64,000 nt of DNA from Myxococcota bacterium (lineage in GTDB: Bacteria > Myxococcota_A > UBA796 > SXON01). Positions 1 to 12,000 of this stretch are shown here, one piece after another. Position 1 is the stretch's first letter; every line of letters begins with the position of its first letter. The translations under genes and the position numbers were made by a program. The DNA is taken from assembly GCA_040386535.1 (NCBI GenBank), contig JAZKFH010000067.1, positions 1-64,000 of the forward strand. The letters are read 5' to 3'. Under the pieces are notes generated by a model that was not told where the DNA came from, ran no database searches, and worked only from the letters and a program-made list of their open reading frames with translations.

Positions 1-734
1 GCTGGATGTGGGACGAGGGGGTGGTGGGGTGGGTGGAATTCGTGGGATGGGACAGTCGGCCCAAAGGCAGTGGCCCACGTCGACAAGGTCACGATTGCGC
101 TGCGATGAGCGCCTGACGACGCCGAAGAACACGGCCCTGCCGTTCCGCCGCGCGCGACCGGAGAGCCTCGGCAAGGAAGCCCGCAGCTTTTGAGCATCGG
201 AAAAGGTACAGGGCCAGGGCTCACCGGCGTCGGGCCATGCTCCATCGAACCTTCGCTCTGGAGGGCTCAAGGTGTAGATCAGGCCAGGTGGCGGACAAAC
301 GGCGTCGAGGAAGGCAAGCAGGGGCTTGCACTTCTCGTCAGAGAAACTACCATAAGATTGCATCACGCCTCCAACACGGTGACAGGGTTCGAAGGGCGTT
401 GGCCTCCTGCTACGGGGCCGGCGTTCCTCTCCAGCAACCTTGCCTGGGGAGGGCTACATGTCAGCGCCTCCGAATGAGCGCCCTCATTTCCAGCGCATGC
501 AGCTCCCCGCGGGGGCCCGCACGGAGAACTCGTCGGCGTGCACCCGGAGCGGGAGCCGTTCCTCAAACAGCCTCGAGACTCAAGCGAGTAGGCGAGGGAT
601 GGTTTTCAGCGGGCCAGCGAGGCGCGTGGGAGACAGGCGTCGGGCTGCACCGTCGCAGGGGCGCCGCCGGAGTACGGCAATTCGCGCGCGCGGGAGCTTC
701 GTCTTGTTCACGTTCCTGCACGCCGCCGATCTCT

Positions 735-902
735 TGTCAGGGGACACGCAAACCTGATCCCCCTTGCCGCGCGCGAGGAGGCTGACGACGGACGCAGCAA
801 AGCCGGTACGGAGCCCCACGAGGCTGCCGAGTACCGACACCATGAAGACCCCCGACGACGTCGCCGCGATGAGGAGGGTCAAGGACCGCATCACCAGACC
901 GC
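735..902 (+). mobile_element. IS21-family left end with truncated istA 5' stub
   Basis: TGTCAGGGGACACGCAAACCTGATCCCCC at 735 has IS21-type TG end; ATG at 842 gives MKTPDDVAAMRRVK, resembling an IstA N-terminus; cut off at ~903 by the end of a second IS21. Confidence 0.5.
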
Positions 903-1259
903 TGTCGGGGCGGCCAAACCGATCCGCCAATCGAGCCGGGACGGGTGGCACGAGTCGAGGCGATCCGCGGAGCCGACCGCGCGATCGTGATAGCGCCCTC
1001 AGCCCAACGGCGCGGGGCGGCCAAACTGATCGCCGCGGCCTCGCCGGCACGTTCAGCCGCGCGCTCGGATTACTCGCTCCCCTCTGCCCCTCGTGCACGC
1101 CACGAGCTCCGGTAGGAGTCGCCCTCGATCTTGACGACGTTCGACGTGGTGGAGGAGCCGGTTCATCGCGGCGCTTGCGAGGAGCGGGTCGCCGAACAGC
1201 GGCGGCCACTCCGGAAGGGCCCGGTTGGACGTGATGACGAGCGCCCCGCGCTCGTACCG
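903..1259 (-). pseudogene. istB: IS21-family right end and C-terminal fragment of IstB ATPase
   Basis: Minus strand RYERGALVITSNRALPEWPPLFGDPLLASAAMNRLLHH is the IstB C-terminal signature; TGTC end at 903 with motif CGGGGCGGCCAAAC.GATC repeated at ~906 and ~1013. Confidence 0.8.
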
Positions 1260-2355
1260 GTAAACCCCCGCCCGCCCCCCGGGCTGACCTCCGGCGCCGA
1301 GCGGGTCATGTTCGCGCTTGGAGACGCGGATGCCGACGACGACGGGGAGACGGTTGAGGGACGAGGACGACGCGCGGGCCTGCCTGCCCGAGGCCGAGCG
1401 GACCCGACTTGGGCGTAGGGCCTGGGCGCACGCGAACGCGGTGAACGCGCGCTCGCTCAACGCGTGGCGGCTGAGCATGGGACGGAAGGCGTCGCCCTCG
1501 CCTGCGTGTGGTGGAGCTCGTCGCGTCGGACGCTCCGTGCGTGCAGGCCAGGTACGCGGTGTGCGTCGGCGAGCTTCGTCGAGGTCGACCCTCACTGGTT
1601 GGAAGACGCCAACGGTCGCCCGCTGGCCGAGGGGGCCCCCCGCACCTACGCCGACGGGAGCATCATCGAGCTCGGCTGCAACGCGCACGCCCGGTGCAAG
1701 TCCGAGGCCGTCGAGCCGATCCACCGCAGGGTCGCCGGCGAGGCCCTCGCGTACTGGACCGCGCTCTACGCCGCCGAGGCGGAGGCGTGAAGCGGAAGCT
1801 CGACGCCCCGGGCCGCCTCGCCCTGCGGCAAGAGAAGTCGGCCCCGATCGTGGCGGACCTCCGCCGATGGCTGGATGCCCACCTCTACGCGGACACGCCC
1901 GCGGACCCGCTGACCAAGGCGCTCAACTACCTACACAACCACTGGCACGCGCTCACCCGTTTCCTGATGGACGGGCGGTTCCCCGTCGACAACAACCTCG
2001 CCGAACGCATGCTCCGCGCCGTCGCCATCGGTCGGAACAACTACCTGTTCGCCAGGAGCGACGCCGCCGCCGAGCGGACCGCCGTCTTCTACACCTTCGT
2101 GATGACGTGTCGGGTCAACGGCGTCGACCGGTCGCTTGGCTGACCGACGTGCTCCCGAAGATCGCCGGGACGAAGAAGTCGGAGTTGGCGAACCTGCTCC
2201 CGGCGAAGTGGAAGTCCGCGACGGCGAAGGCGATCGACAAGGCCGCCTGATCGTCCGCTGGCCGGCAGAATCGTCGCTACAGCGAAGGCGCTTGGTGCGT
2301 GCGGAGCTCACACGTCCGGTGCCTGCGCTCCACCGGGGGTAGGGCGGGGGTTTGC
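1260..2355 (+). mobile_element. Internally deleted IS66-family element
   Basis: Terminal IRs GTAAACCCCCGCCCGCCCCCCGG (1260-1282) / CCGGGGGTAGGGCGGGGGTTTGC (2333-2355), 20/23 match; 8-bp direct repeat TCGTACCG at 1252-1259 and 2356-2363. Confidence 0.9.
1640..2250 (+). pseudogene. tnpC: IS66 TnpC transposase C-terminal fragment, frameshifted
   Basis: GCNAHAR..., KALNYLHNHWHALTRF, PVDNNLAERMLRAVAIGRNNYLF, WLTDVL...LLP spread over three frames. Confidence 0.9.
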
Positions 2356-2555
2356 TCGTACCGTTGCGGGATCACCTCATAGAGGATCGGCGGGCTCGTC
2401 GCCCCGGAGCGGCATCAGCCCGCGGTCATCAGCAGGTCGGGGCTGGTGTACCTTGAGCATGCGGCGATCGCGGCTCCCGTCGCCGCGAGCAGCCCGGAGC
2501 TGCGTGAAGAATGAGGGCACTGGCGCCCGTGTAAAGCACGCGGGGAACAGCGGAG
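2356..2555 (-). pseudogene. istB: Upstream (central) fragment of the IstB gene interrupted by IS66
   Basis: Minus strand reads, with frameshifts, RVLYTGA..QLRAARGDGSRDRRML..PDLL..GLMPLRGDEPAD.LYEVI.QRYE, which joins RYERGALVITSNR on the other side of the IS66. Confidence 0.75.
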
Positions 2556-2935
2556 CTGGAAGCGGCTCCAGATCCAGCGCCTTCTTCAGGGTGTCCTTCA
2601 GGCCGCGGTAGTCGTGGACCCGAAGTGGCGGGCGCGCTTACAGGCGTTGTTCGCCCGCTCCCGTGGGAAGCCATCGAGAGCGTGACGACGGCCCGAACCG
2701 TCCGCAACGGGATCAACGCGTCGGCGCCGTCGTAGACCTCCGCCACCCAGGCCACGACCTCGTCGCCGAGGACCCGCGCACGCCCCTCCCAGTGGGCTCC
2801 GGCTGCGATGGCGTAGGTCCGAGCGCCCGACCGGCTCGTGCACCAGCGCGAGATCGTGCCGCCGACCGCTCCGAGATCCCTGCGCTCCCTAAAGCATCGT
2901 CCCGAGCCGAGAGCGCCACGTCTTAACCAACCTTG

Positions 2936-4336
2936 TCATTTACCCCGGCCGAGTGCAAACGAGCTAAAGAAGTGTGTCGTCGGCTCGGAGTCCATGTCCT
3001 CCACGCGAGTATGGACCCAGACGATAACTGACCGCCTATCCCCACCAGTTCCGACGGCGATGCTGGGGTATCGGAGCGAGATGTTGCCCCCGTTGGGTGT
3101 CGAGTACGTAACCTCGGTCGCGTCAAATCCACCGAGGCGCGAGGGGTGGGCGCCCAATCGCTTCCAGCCCGCCCCGTTCGCGGCGGCGTCCAAAAACTGC
3201 GTCACGATCAGTTCACGTCGAGCCGACTCCTCCGCGTCCCTCAGCGCGAGCGGCAGAATAAGGTCGGCAAAATCCAGGTCTATGGTTATCTGCTTGCGGC
3301 GCCATAGGACGACGTGGAAGGAGGCGTCCGAGCCGAGCGGCTGGGTGGCCCACTCGGAGAGCTCCAATCCTGATCCCTGCACGTCAGCACCTCTGACCGG
3401 GGTCGTTGGCATCCAGATTTCGTATGCGCCAAATTCGAGCTGGAGCTTCCGCGTCTCGCGGTCATAATCCTGGGGGCCGATGCCCGTTGGGCCCGCGAGC
3501 CACCAGTTCGCGGCGACGTAGATCGCGGACAGGAGGTGGGTGAGCTCCCCCGGTGAGCCGCGGAGCCGCTGGGAGAGAAAGATGCCAAGGTAGATCAGTC
3601 CTAAGGCGAGGAACACGAGTCGCGCCGCGTCTGTGTTCAGGTACCCGAGAGTCATCGCCACGCCCCAAACGAACGCCCACCTGTCGTTTGGCAAGTATCG
3701 ATCGACGATGTAGAGCGAGGGGATCCCGCGGGCCCACAACGCGAACCTCAACGCGCTCAGGCCAAGCCCGGCTGCGCCGGCCCACGACGCCTCGCCCGTA
3801 CTGAGCGGGTACACGCCAGTGAGGTGAAGGCCCGCGAAGGTGGCGAACATACCCGCCATGGCCGTGCTGGCTTGGCCCACGATGGCAATGCTCAGTGCGC
3901 GCCACGATCGATTGGTCGTGGGCGGCCGCGAGCGCGTGGCGGGCTCGTTCAGCCATGCGGCGAGGTCGGCGGCACACCGCTCGATCCCGGCCGCCTCGAA
4001 GAGCCGGGAACCGGGAGCCTCGCGCACCGCGCCCTGGATCCGGTCGTCGAGCTGGCCGACGACGACGAAGCCGAGCGGCTTGCCGAGGTCGCGAAGCGCG
4101 AGACGTTCAGCCTTCGGCCAACGTTTATCACTTGTTCGGGTCGAAACAACTATCACGCCGGCGTCGCAACTTCGGATCGCTTGATCGATGCGTTGCGGGA
4201 GATTCAGACGATCGCGAAGGCTCCGGATCCGCCAGTGGTCGGTCCACACGTCGACCCCCTTTGCGCGCAGCGCCTGGCCGAGGGCCATCGCTTCGTTAGA
4301 ATGCTCGGATGGATAGCTAAGGAACACTTTTTTCAT
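2936..4336 (-). CDS. TIR domain - multipass transmembrane protein
   Basis: N-terminal KKVFLSY..GVDVWTD..IDQAIRSCDAGVIVVS..RWPKAE (TIR_2-like) followed by several hydrophobic helices and a soluble C-terminal domain. Confidence 0.8.
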   Translation of the reverse strand: MKKVFLSYPSEHSNEAMALGQALRAKGVDVWTDHWRIRSLRDRLNLPQRIDQAIRSCDAGVIVVSTRTSDKRWPKAERLALRDLGKPLGFVVVGQLDDRIQGAVREAPGSRLFEAAGIERCAADLAAWLNEPATRSRPPTTNRSWRALSIAIVGQASTAMAGMFATFAGLHLTGVYPLSTGEASWAGAAGLGLSALRFALWARGIPSLYIVDRYLPNDRWAFVWGVAMTLGYLNTDAARLVFLALGLIYLGIFLSQRLRGSPGELTHLLSAIYVAANWWLAGPTGIGPQDYDRETRKLQLEFGAYEIWMPTTPVRGADVQGSGLELSEWATQPLGSDASFHVVLWRRKQITIDLDFADLILPLALRDAEESARRELIVTQFLDAAANGAGWKRLGAHPSRLGGFDATEVTYSTPNGGNISLRYPSIAVGTGGDRRSVIVWVHTRVEDMDSEPTTHFFSSFALGRGK

Positions 4337-4759
4337 CGTACCTTCTCATCCGGTGCAAGACCATGCACAGGAGTGGCGAGCGTACCACGGCCGGGTCTTC
4401 GCCAACAGACCCACCCGGCATCCAGCGATGGCAGCATGCTGCCCCATCCCGCGCATTTGAGCCCACATGGAGGTTAGTACGACGGTCAAGGCGGCTATCA
4501 AGGCTGGGCTGCGAGGACATCCAGTAGTTCGGCCGATCACCGAGCCGGACGCAGGGCGTCCAGCAGAGGAGGGCCCGCGTCAAGGCAATCCCCAACAATC
4601 ACCTGCTATTTGGTGTCGGAAGTCCGTGTGGGTGTCCGCATCGGCGTCGGCATCGGATCGACATCTGGAACTCGATGGAGATGCTCGTACAGTATCCCAC
4701 TCGCCGAACAGCATCTCCCCGCCTCGTCCCGGCCGGGTGACGTGCCCGCCTACGTCGCG

Positions 4760-5445
4760 GTCGCGCCCCTCGCGCGAGGCGCCAGGCGAGCGGAGTGAGC
4801 CCATGCACTTGTTCACCCGATGGTCGCCCAGCGCGTGAGGACGTCCGCGAGGTACGCCAGGGGTCGATGCCCTGGAGCATGCAGGTTCCGACGAGGGTGA
4901 ACATCGTGGCGGCCGCGTGAACGCCGCCCTCGGACCCGGAGAACAGTCATGCCTTCCTGCCCACGACCGGCCCACGACGCGAGCTCGGAGCGGTTGTTGT
5001 GCATCGGCAGCTCGGGGTGATCGAGGAAGCGGAAGAAGAAGTCGCGCCCGTTGACCGCGTAGGTGAGCGCTTTGCCGAGGCTCGTGGGCCGGGTCGACAG
5101 GCGAAGTCCCAGGGTCCAGTCGTACAGCTCCTGGACCAGCGGGCGGGAGTCGCGGTCGCCGCGTCTCGCGGACGATCGCGCGCGGTGCACCGACGAGGCC
5201 GGCCTCGATCGCGAACAGGTCACGGATCGTCCCGAGCGCGAGCCGCGCCTCGGCCGGATGGTGGTGCCGGGCGTCGAAGAAGTACCGGCGCAGGGGGCAC
5301 CGGCACCCGGCACGGCGGAGGCCCAGCGCGGCGACGGCTTGGTTGAACTCGCTACCCCCGCGACGAGCAGGAGCTTCCCCTTGAAGGCGGCGAGGAACGC
5401 GGCGGGGTTCTTGCCTTGCTTGGTGTCGGTGAAGTGGTAGCGCGC
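4760..5445 (-). pseudogene. tnpC: IS66 TnpC transposase fragment, multiple frameshifts
   Basis: YHFTDTKQGKNPAAFL, RRYFFDA, LGKALTYAVN, PMHNNRSEL, TLVGTCMLQGIDP, YLADVL, LTPLAW in alternating frames. Confidence 0.85.
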
Positions 5446-6070
5446 CTCCTGTTAGTCCCTGACCGCCCAGAGACGGCCCTTGCGGAGCTTGCCATCCGTT
5501 CCGTCCTGGACGGGGAACCCTGTGTCGTCCTTTCAGGCCCCTGTTGGAGGAGTTCATCTGGCGCAACTTCCGCCTCAGCACCGGTTGATCCGCACGTGAC
5601 TCTGCCTCGATCCCGCCCATACACGCGCGGCTCAACGGCCATGTGGACTCCTTCATCAGGACGACGCTCATGCTCGGCATATACGTACCTTTTGCAATGA
5701 GCCAGACCCCGACGCCCTGGATGCGGGGCTCGAAGGGGGAGGGCCGCGGGCGGCCTGGTTCTGGGCAGGCGTTCCTCGCGCAAGCTGCCGTCCTCGGGAC
5801 GCGGTGTGAGGACAAGAAACATGAACCCTCGATCCCCCCACTCTGCGGCCTCCCCGGCCGCGTCGTCAAGTGCCGGTTGACCAGCAGCCCGCCGCCCGGT
5901 CGCTGGAAACGGCCGGTTGGACCACCGCCGCGGCCCGCCGTGCAGGCTCCTCCTACGGTGCTGTGTGTTCATACCGTCCGGTCGTCGCCCGTGCCGGGGG
6001 CTCCCGGCGGGATCGTCGCAGGTGGCCTACCTGCACGACGTGGTACGCTCCGCCCGTTCTGGAGTATGCA

Positions 6071-9000
6071 TTGGGAATCAAGCTCATTCTTCCCGGCGCG
6101 GATCGCGGCGCCGCCATCATGGGCGCGCCGCTCCCCTCAGGCGACGATTTCTGCGTTGTCGCCGCGAGCAACAACTTCGCCACGCGCGGCGACGCCGAGG
6201 CGGGCCGGGCCGTGGAGGCTGGTGACATCATCGAGCTGACCTGGGAAAATGGGCTGATCACTTGGGAGCTTCCAGTGGGAGCCGAGTACACCCTCCCGGT
6301 CGAGCGGCAATCCGGTGATCGTGGCCTCGGATCCGCGCTGCTCGTGGCCTGGCAAGCACTACGCGCGCTCGTGAAGAAAGACGAGGTAAACCTACACAAG
6401 CTTGTGAAACAGGCGGACGACGCGCTCTCGTCGCCTACGCCACGGCTCTTGCAGGTTGGCGCGGACGGCACGATTGGTGCACAGGTGACCCTGACGGCGC
6501 GTACGGACGCAACTCTCCTCGTGCTCGTTCATGGCACATTCTCGTCAATTTCCGACGGCTTCGCGGGGCTCGCGCTCGGAGAGGGCCTGGATACCGAGCG
6601 CAAACAGGCGTGGGACTCCGTGGTCGCACGATATGGCGGTCGGATCTACGGTTTCGACCATGCCACGCTGTCGGTGTCGCCCGTCGAGAATGCCCGAGAT
6701 TTGTTGCGCCTCCTGCCCAAGGGGCAGAAGGTCGACATCCTGTCGCACTCCCGCGGCGGACTCGTGGCGGAGCTCGTGGCGGGCGCGGGATTGGACGGAG
6801 CGGTCCCCGGCCTCGAGAGCCTCGTGGTGGAGCGGAAAGATCGCGGGATCGTGGTCGAGCGCCACATCCGCGTCGCTTCGCCAGTTCGTGGCACGCGCCT
6901 CGCGTCGCAGCGCTCCGCTGACTTCATCGACGGGCTCTCGACAATCGTGAACCTCCTCGCCGCGCTGGTCCCTAACGGGCCGATGATCGGCGGGGTGAAA
7001 GCGGTCATATACGCCGCCCGCGTGCTCGTAAGCGCGATCACGAACGACGTCGCGCTCAACCCGGCCGTGGCGCCCGGGCTGCACGCAATGATGCCGGACG
7101 GGCCCGTGGTGCGGGCCGTGAATAGCGCACCCGCCCCCGACACCCATCGGCTCATCGTGGGTGGTGTCTTCACCGGCTCGGACGGGCTCGGCGGGACCCT
7201 CCTCCGTGTGCTGCCGAACGGCTTTTTCGGAGGGGACACGGATCTGGTCGTCGACACGGAGCGAATGTACACGACGGGCGATTTCGGGAAAGCCCGCGCG
7301 TTGGAGCCCTTCGGCCCCGGGTTGAACCATGTCACCTATTTCACCCACCCCGCGACCCGCGATGCGATCGTGCGTGCGATGGGCGCGCCGGATTGGAACA
7401 CCGCCGGCCTCGGCCTCGAGGTGGCCGAGCGCCCGAAGAGCACGTCCATCGCGCAGCGTGGTGTAGAGAGCTTCGGCGGTCGCATGCCGAGCCGCCGGCC
7501 GACCGGAGACGGCCGGGACGTGGTGATCGTGCTTCCCGGCCTCATGGGCAGCACGCTCGCGAGCCAGAGTGGACTTATCTGGGCCAACGTGCCTCGCCTG
7601 GTCACCGGGGCGTTCGCGCACCTCGACCTCGACCGTGACGCGGAGTTCCGCGTGAACGCCGACGGCATCATCGCGGACTACTACGAACAGCTCGTCGCGA
7701 CGCTGGCTCTGACCTACGACGTAGGCGTGTTCGCGTTCGATTGGCGCCGGCCGCTCGCCGACACCGCCGGCCGGCTCGCCGAGCAGCTCGGTGCCGTCTT
7801 GGACGGCAAGCGTCGAGTGCATCTCGTGGCGCACTCCATGGGCAGCGTCGTGGTGCAGATGCTCGTCGCGGAGCAGCCGGCGATCTGGAAACGCATTCGC
7901 GAGAGGTCCGGGCAGGTGGTCATGATGGGACCGCCCCTGCAGGGCGCCTGGGACGCCCTGGCCGCCATGCTCGGTGAACACCCCCTCCTGCGCGGGCTCG
8001 CCGCCGCGGACCTCGTGAATGAAAGCCACGAAGTGCTCAACATCGTCCGCACGTTCGAGGGCGTGCTTGCGCTCCTCCCCTCGAACTCCGCCTGGTTCCT
8101 CGACCCGACCTGGCTTCCGTTTGGTGGCGCGCCACGCCGCCTTGCGGAAGCCCTCGGCGCTCGCAAACGCCTCGATCGTGTGACCACCATCGAGGGGTGC
8201 ACACTCATCCTCGGTACGGCTCCGGTCACGCGCAGCGGCTGGAAGAATTCCTCCTTCCTGCTCAATGAAGCGGGAGAGGGGGTGGGCGATGGCACGGTTC
8301 CCTACACACGCTCGGTGCTCACCGGGGCGCCCACCTGGTACGTCGCGGCCCGACATGGCGACATCCCGAAGCACCCCGACACCATACGAATGATCGGCGA
8401 GATCCTCGCGGGCGGGCAGCCGTCGCCTGGAGCGTCGTCAGCACCGCGCTCGACGCCGGCCAGCCCGCGAGACATGCTCCCACCACTCGCGGCCGCCCCC
8501 TTCCTGGGCTACCCCACCGAGGCGGACCTGCTCGCCGCTGCCATGGGCGGAGGCGGTCCGAGTGCGGTTGCTATTGCGACGATACGCTTGCGGATCTTCT
8601 TCGGGGGCGTCGACGAAGCGCCCTCCCCCGTGCTCGTGGAGAACACCCCAGGCACAGGCCTCCGTGGTGCGCTGGCACGACTGGGGAAATTGCCGGGCAG
8701 CCCCCTCCCGCGCCTCGCAACCGCCAACGTACTGCCGCAGCGCCTGGGCGAGAGCTACACGACCCGCTGGGGCGGCTACACCCTCCTGGTGATCGGCACG
8801 GGGGAGCCCTTCGATCTCACCCCGGTCCGCCTCGCGGACGCCGTGCAAGTCGCAGTGCGCCGATTCTGCCTGGAGCAGCCAGACGCGCCCGTGACACTCT
8901 CGGCGACGCTCATCGGCACAGGGAACGCGGGTGTGCTCAGCATCGAGGACTCCTTGCGCGGGCTCATGGAGGGGTTCACCCGCGCGATGGACGACCTCAT

Positions 9001-12000
9001 CGGACTCGACCCATCCTTCGCCACGAAGGCCGGTGAGCTCGTTGTCGTCAACGCGTTCGAGGACCTCGTGGCGATCCTGCAAGACCGTGCGCCAGCCGTC
9101 GCGCAAGCGGTGGGGACCGAGAACGTGCGTTGGGAGTTGGCGCCGACCCTCTCGCTAGGGTTGAAGCGCCGCGGCCGGCGCCTCGACCGCGAGGATCGGC
9201 GGGCCAACTGGACCACCCTCAACGTCACGACGCGGGAAGGCGTCCTTCGGTACACGCTCACCGGCCGGCGTACGACCGGGCGGACAGACGAGGTCTGTGT
9301 CCCGATCCAGGATCTCGAGGCAGACCTCGCTACGATCATGAAGTCGCCCCAGAGCGATCGCGGCTCGGCGGGGGAGCAGGTCACCCGGATTCTGAGCCGT
9401 CAGATCTTCCCCCGCGACTTGCGGGACGAAATCTATGGAGGTGCCCCCCTCCGCCTCGTGCTGGATGTACCGGCAGCCGGGCTCCCCTGGGAGATGGCAA
9501 CCGAGCCGGAGCGCGGGGGCCGTCCGCTCGCCGTCGGCACCCCCATGTTGCGTACCCTCGAGACCGCCTCCGTTCGGACGCCGAGCCCGCTGTGCAGCCG
9601 CAACGTCGCGATCGTGCTGGGCGACGGCGCTGGCGGGGACACCGGTCTCGCCTACCTGCAGGGGGCCGTAGCCGAAGCTGCGGCCATCGATGAGATGTTG
9701 GAGCGGCGCGGCGTTCGCGTGACCCGGGTGGGCCGCGCACCTGAAGCCGACCTGCGTCGGACGTTCCTCGGGCGTATCGCCGAGTCGTCTTGCCGGATCC
9801 TCCACGTTGCCGGGCACGGCATCTACAACGGGCCGGGCGGAGCCTCCGGCCTCTTATTGGGAAGGACGCAGGGGCAGGGGATCGAGCCCATGTACCGCGT
9901 GATCACCGCAGCGGAGCTCCTCAATGCCTTCGGGAGCGAGCTGCCGGAGCTGGTCTTCTTCAACTGCTGCCACCTGGGCAGTCTCGATGGCCCGGACCAC
10001 CAGCCGGGCCTCGGTCGCGGTCGCCTCGCGGCGAGCGTCGCGCAGACCTTCATCGAGCGAGGCGTCCGCGGCGTGGTCGCGGCCGGCTGGGCTGTCGACG
10101 ACGCGGCGGCCAAGGTGTTCGCATGTGTGTTCTACGAGCGGATGCTCGACGGGCTGCCGTTCGGCCTCGCCGTCCGCGCCGCGCGGGAGGCGGCCTGGAA
10201 CAAGAACCCCCGGGTGAACACCTGGGGCGCCTACCAGGCGTACGGCGACCCGGCCTGGACCATGGCCGTGACCGGCCCGGCGACGGGGCCCACCTCGTAT
10301 CCTCTGGAAGCAATCGCGCTCGATGCCATCGACGACGCCGTGTTCATCGAAGCGCCGTTGGATGTCTTCAGGCAGATCGCCCGGATCGTGGCACAATCCC
10401 CCGCGGCGAACACGGCCGAGGTTCACCTGAGCCTTGCGCTCGCGTTCGACGCCCTCGGCGAGGGCTCCGCAGGCGAGCAACACGTCCATGCTGCGGAAGT
10501 CCTTCGGCCCGGGCTCCAGCAGTTCAGGCTGCGGACGAAGATGCGAGCGGGGGCAGAGGCTCCCGCGGCACCGGCTCCAGGCGACGGCGAGAAGTCGCTG
10601 CCGTTTTCGCTGAATGACACTCCGCTCTCGGTGCGGCCCCGACCGGCCGAGTTCCTCGACCTGAGCGGTATCCTCAAGCGCACCCTCGATCGCGTCTCCG
10701 CACAGCGGGTCTCTGCGGCCTGGCTCCGCAAGCAGGCCGCTCCCGTCACAGGAGGCGGCGAGGCGACCGACGCTACGCGCGGCTCGGGCACCCTCTGGTT
10801 CGACCCGCTCCGCACGGTCCGCGACGATGGCAGTGTGCTCCCGGGCGTCACCACCCGACTCTTCATCCGCACGGGCTCCGCCCCGATCACCGGCCTCCCG
10901 AAAGGCCTCGCGACCGCTGGCTACGGCCCGGGCAGCAAGATTGGCGCGAACGGCGACCACCCGCTCCAGGTGCGCGCCATCGCCCTGGAGGACCACACTG
11001 GCGCACGCGTCATCCTGGTTGTCGCCGACATCCACACCGGCACTCGGCTGCTCCACCACGAGGCCGTCAATCGGCTGAAGGACCTCGGGGTCACCTTGTC
11101 CACGCTGGTCCTGGCAGGCACCCACACCCACACCGGGCCCGCGCGCATCTATGGCAACAGCCTCTACGACGGCTTCACCGGCGGATTCCTGGCACCCACG
11201 CCCAGGGCCGACGCTTGGGAGCCGGTCGTCGCGGCGATCGAGAAGGCAGTGCGTGGCGCCTTGGGGAAGGGCAGGACCGCCTGCACGGTCGCGCCGCTAC
11301 AGGGCAGGGTATCGGAGATCGCGACCAACCGTTCTCGCTGCGCGTTTCCGTACAAGCTCGACGCCTGGACCAGCAAGGGCTGGCCGGGCGAGGGCCTCGA
11401 GGGTGCGGACGAACTGCGGGCCGTTGACGGGCGCTTGCGTGGATTCGTCTTCCGGGACGACGCTGGGAAGGTCTGCGCGACGTACGCGCTCGTCGCGTGC
11501 CACAACACCTCGATGGGTAACCAGGGCGTGTGGGACCCCGACTTCGTCGGACGCGCGATGACACAGGCGGAGGCGGAGCTCGGAGGTCTCGTCGCAATCG
11601 CGCTTTCGGGCGCGGGCGACCAATCGCCGCTGCCTTTGGACGGGCTGAAGAGGCTTGATCGAAAGGTCCACCAGGGCGAGGCGCACGCCAAGGTTCGCGC
11701 CGATCGACTAACGAACCTGCTGGCCACAGCCGTACGCGCGGCCGGCCCCGGAGCACCAGGCGCCATCCGAACCCGCTACCTCGCGTGGGACCCGACCAGG
11801 AGCGACAGCGCCGACCTCGAACTGGCGGCCTGGCGCTTTGGCGCCCCGACGCTGGGCGGCGCGGAGGACGGACCGTCGCCATTCGCGTGCGCGTTTCCGG
11901 AGGGCTTGAAGGCAAAGAAGGAGCCTCACTCGGTCGAAGACCGCCTGCACTACCCGAAGATCAAGCCGGTGGGCGGCATCCTGGACGCCATCTTCAACGC

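Noticed and set aside
1..734. Short ORFs at window start
   Set aside because: No motifs or coherent codon pattern; left unannotated
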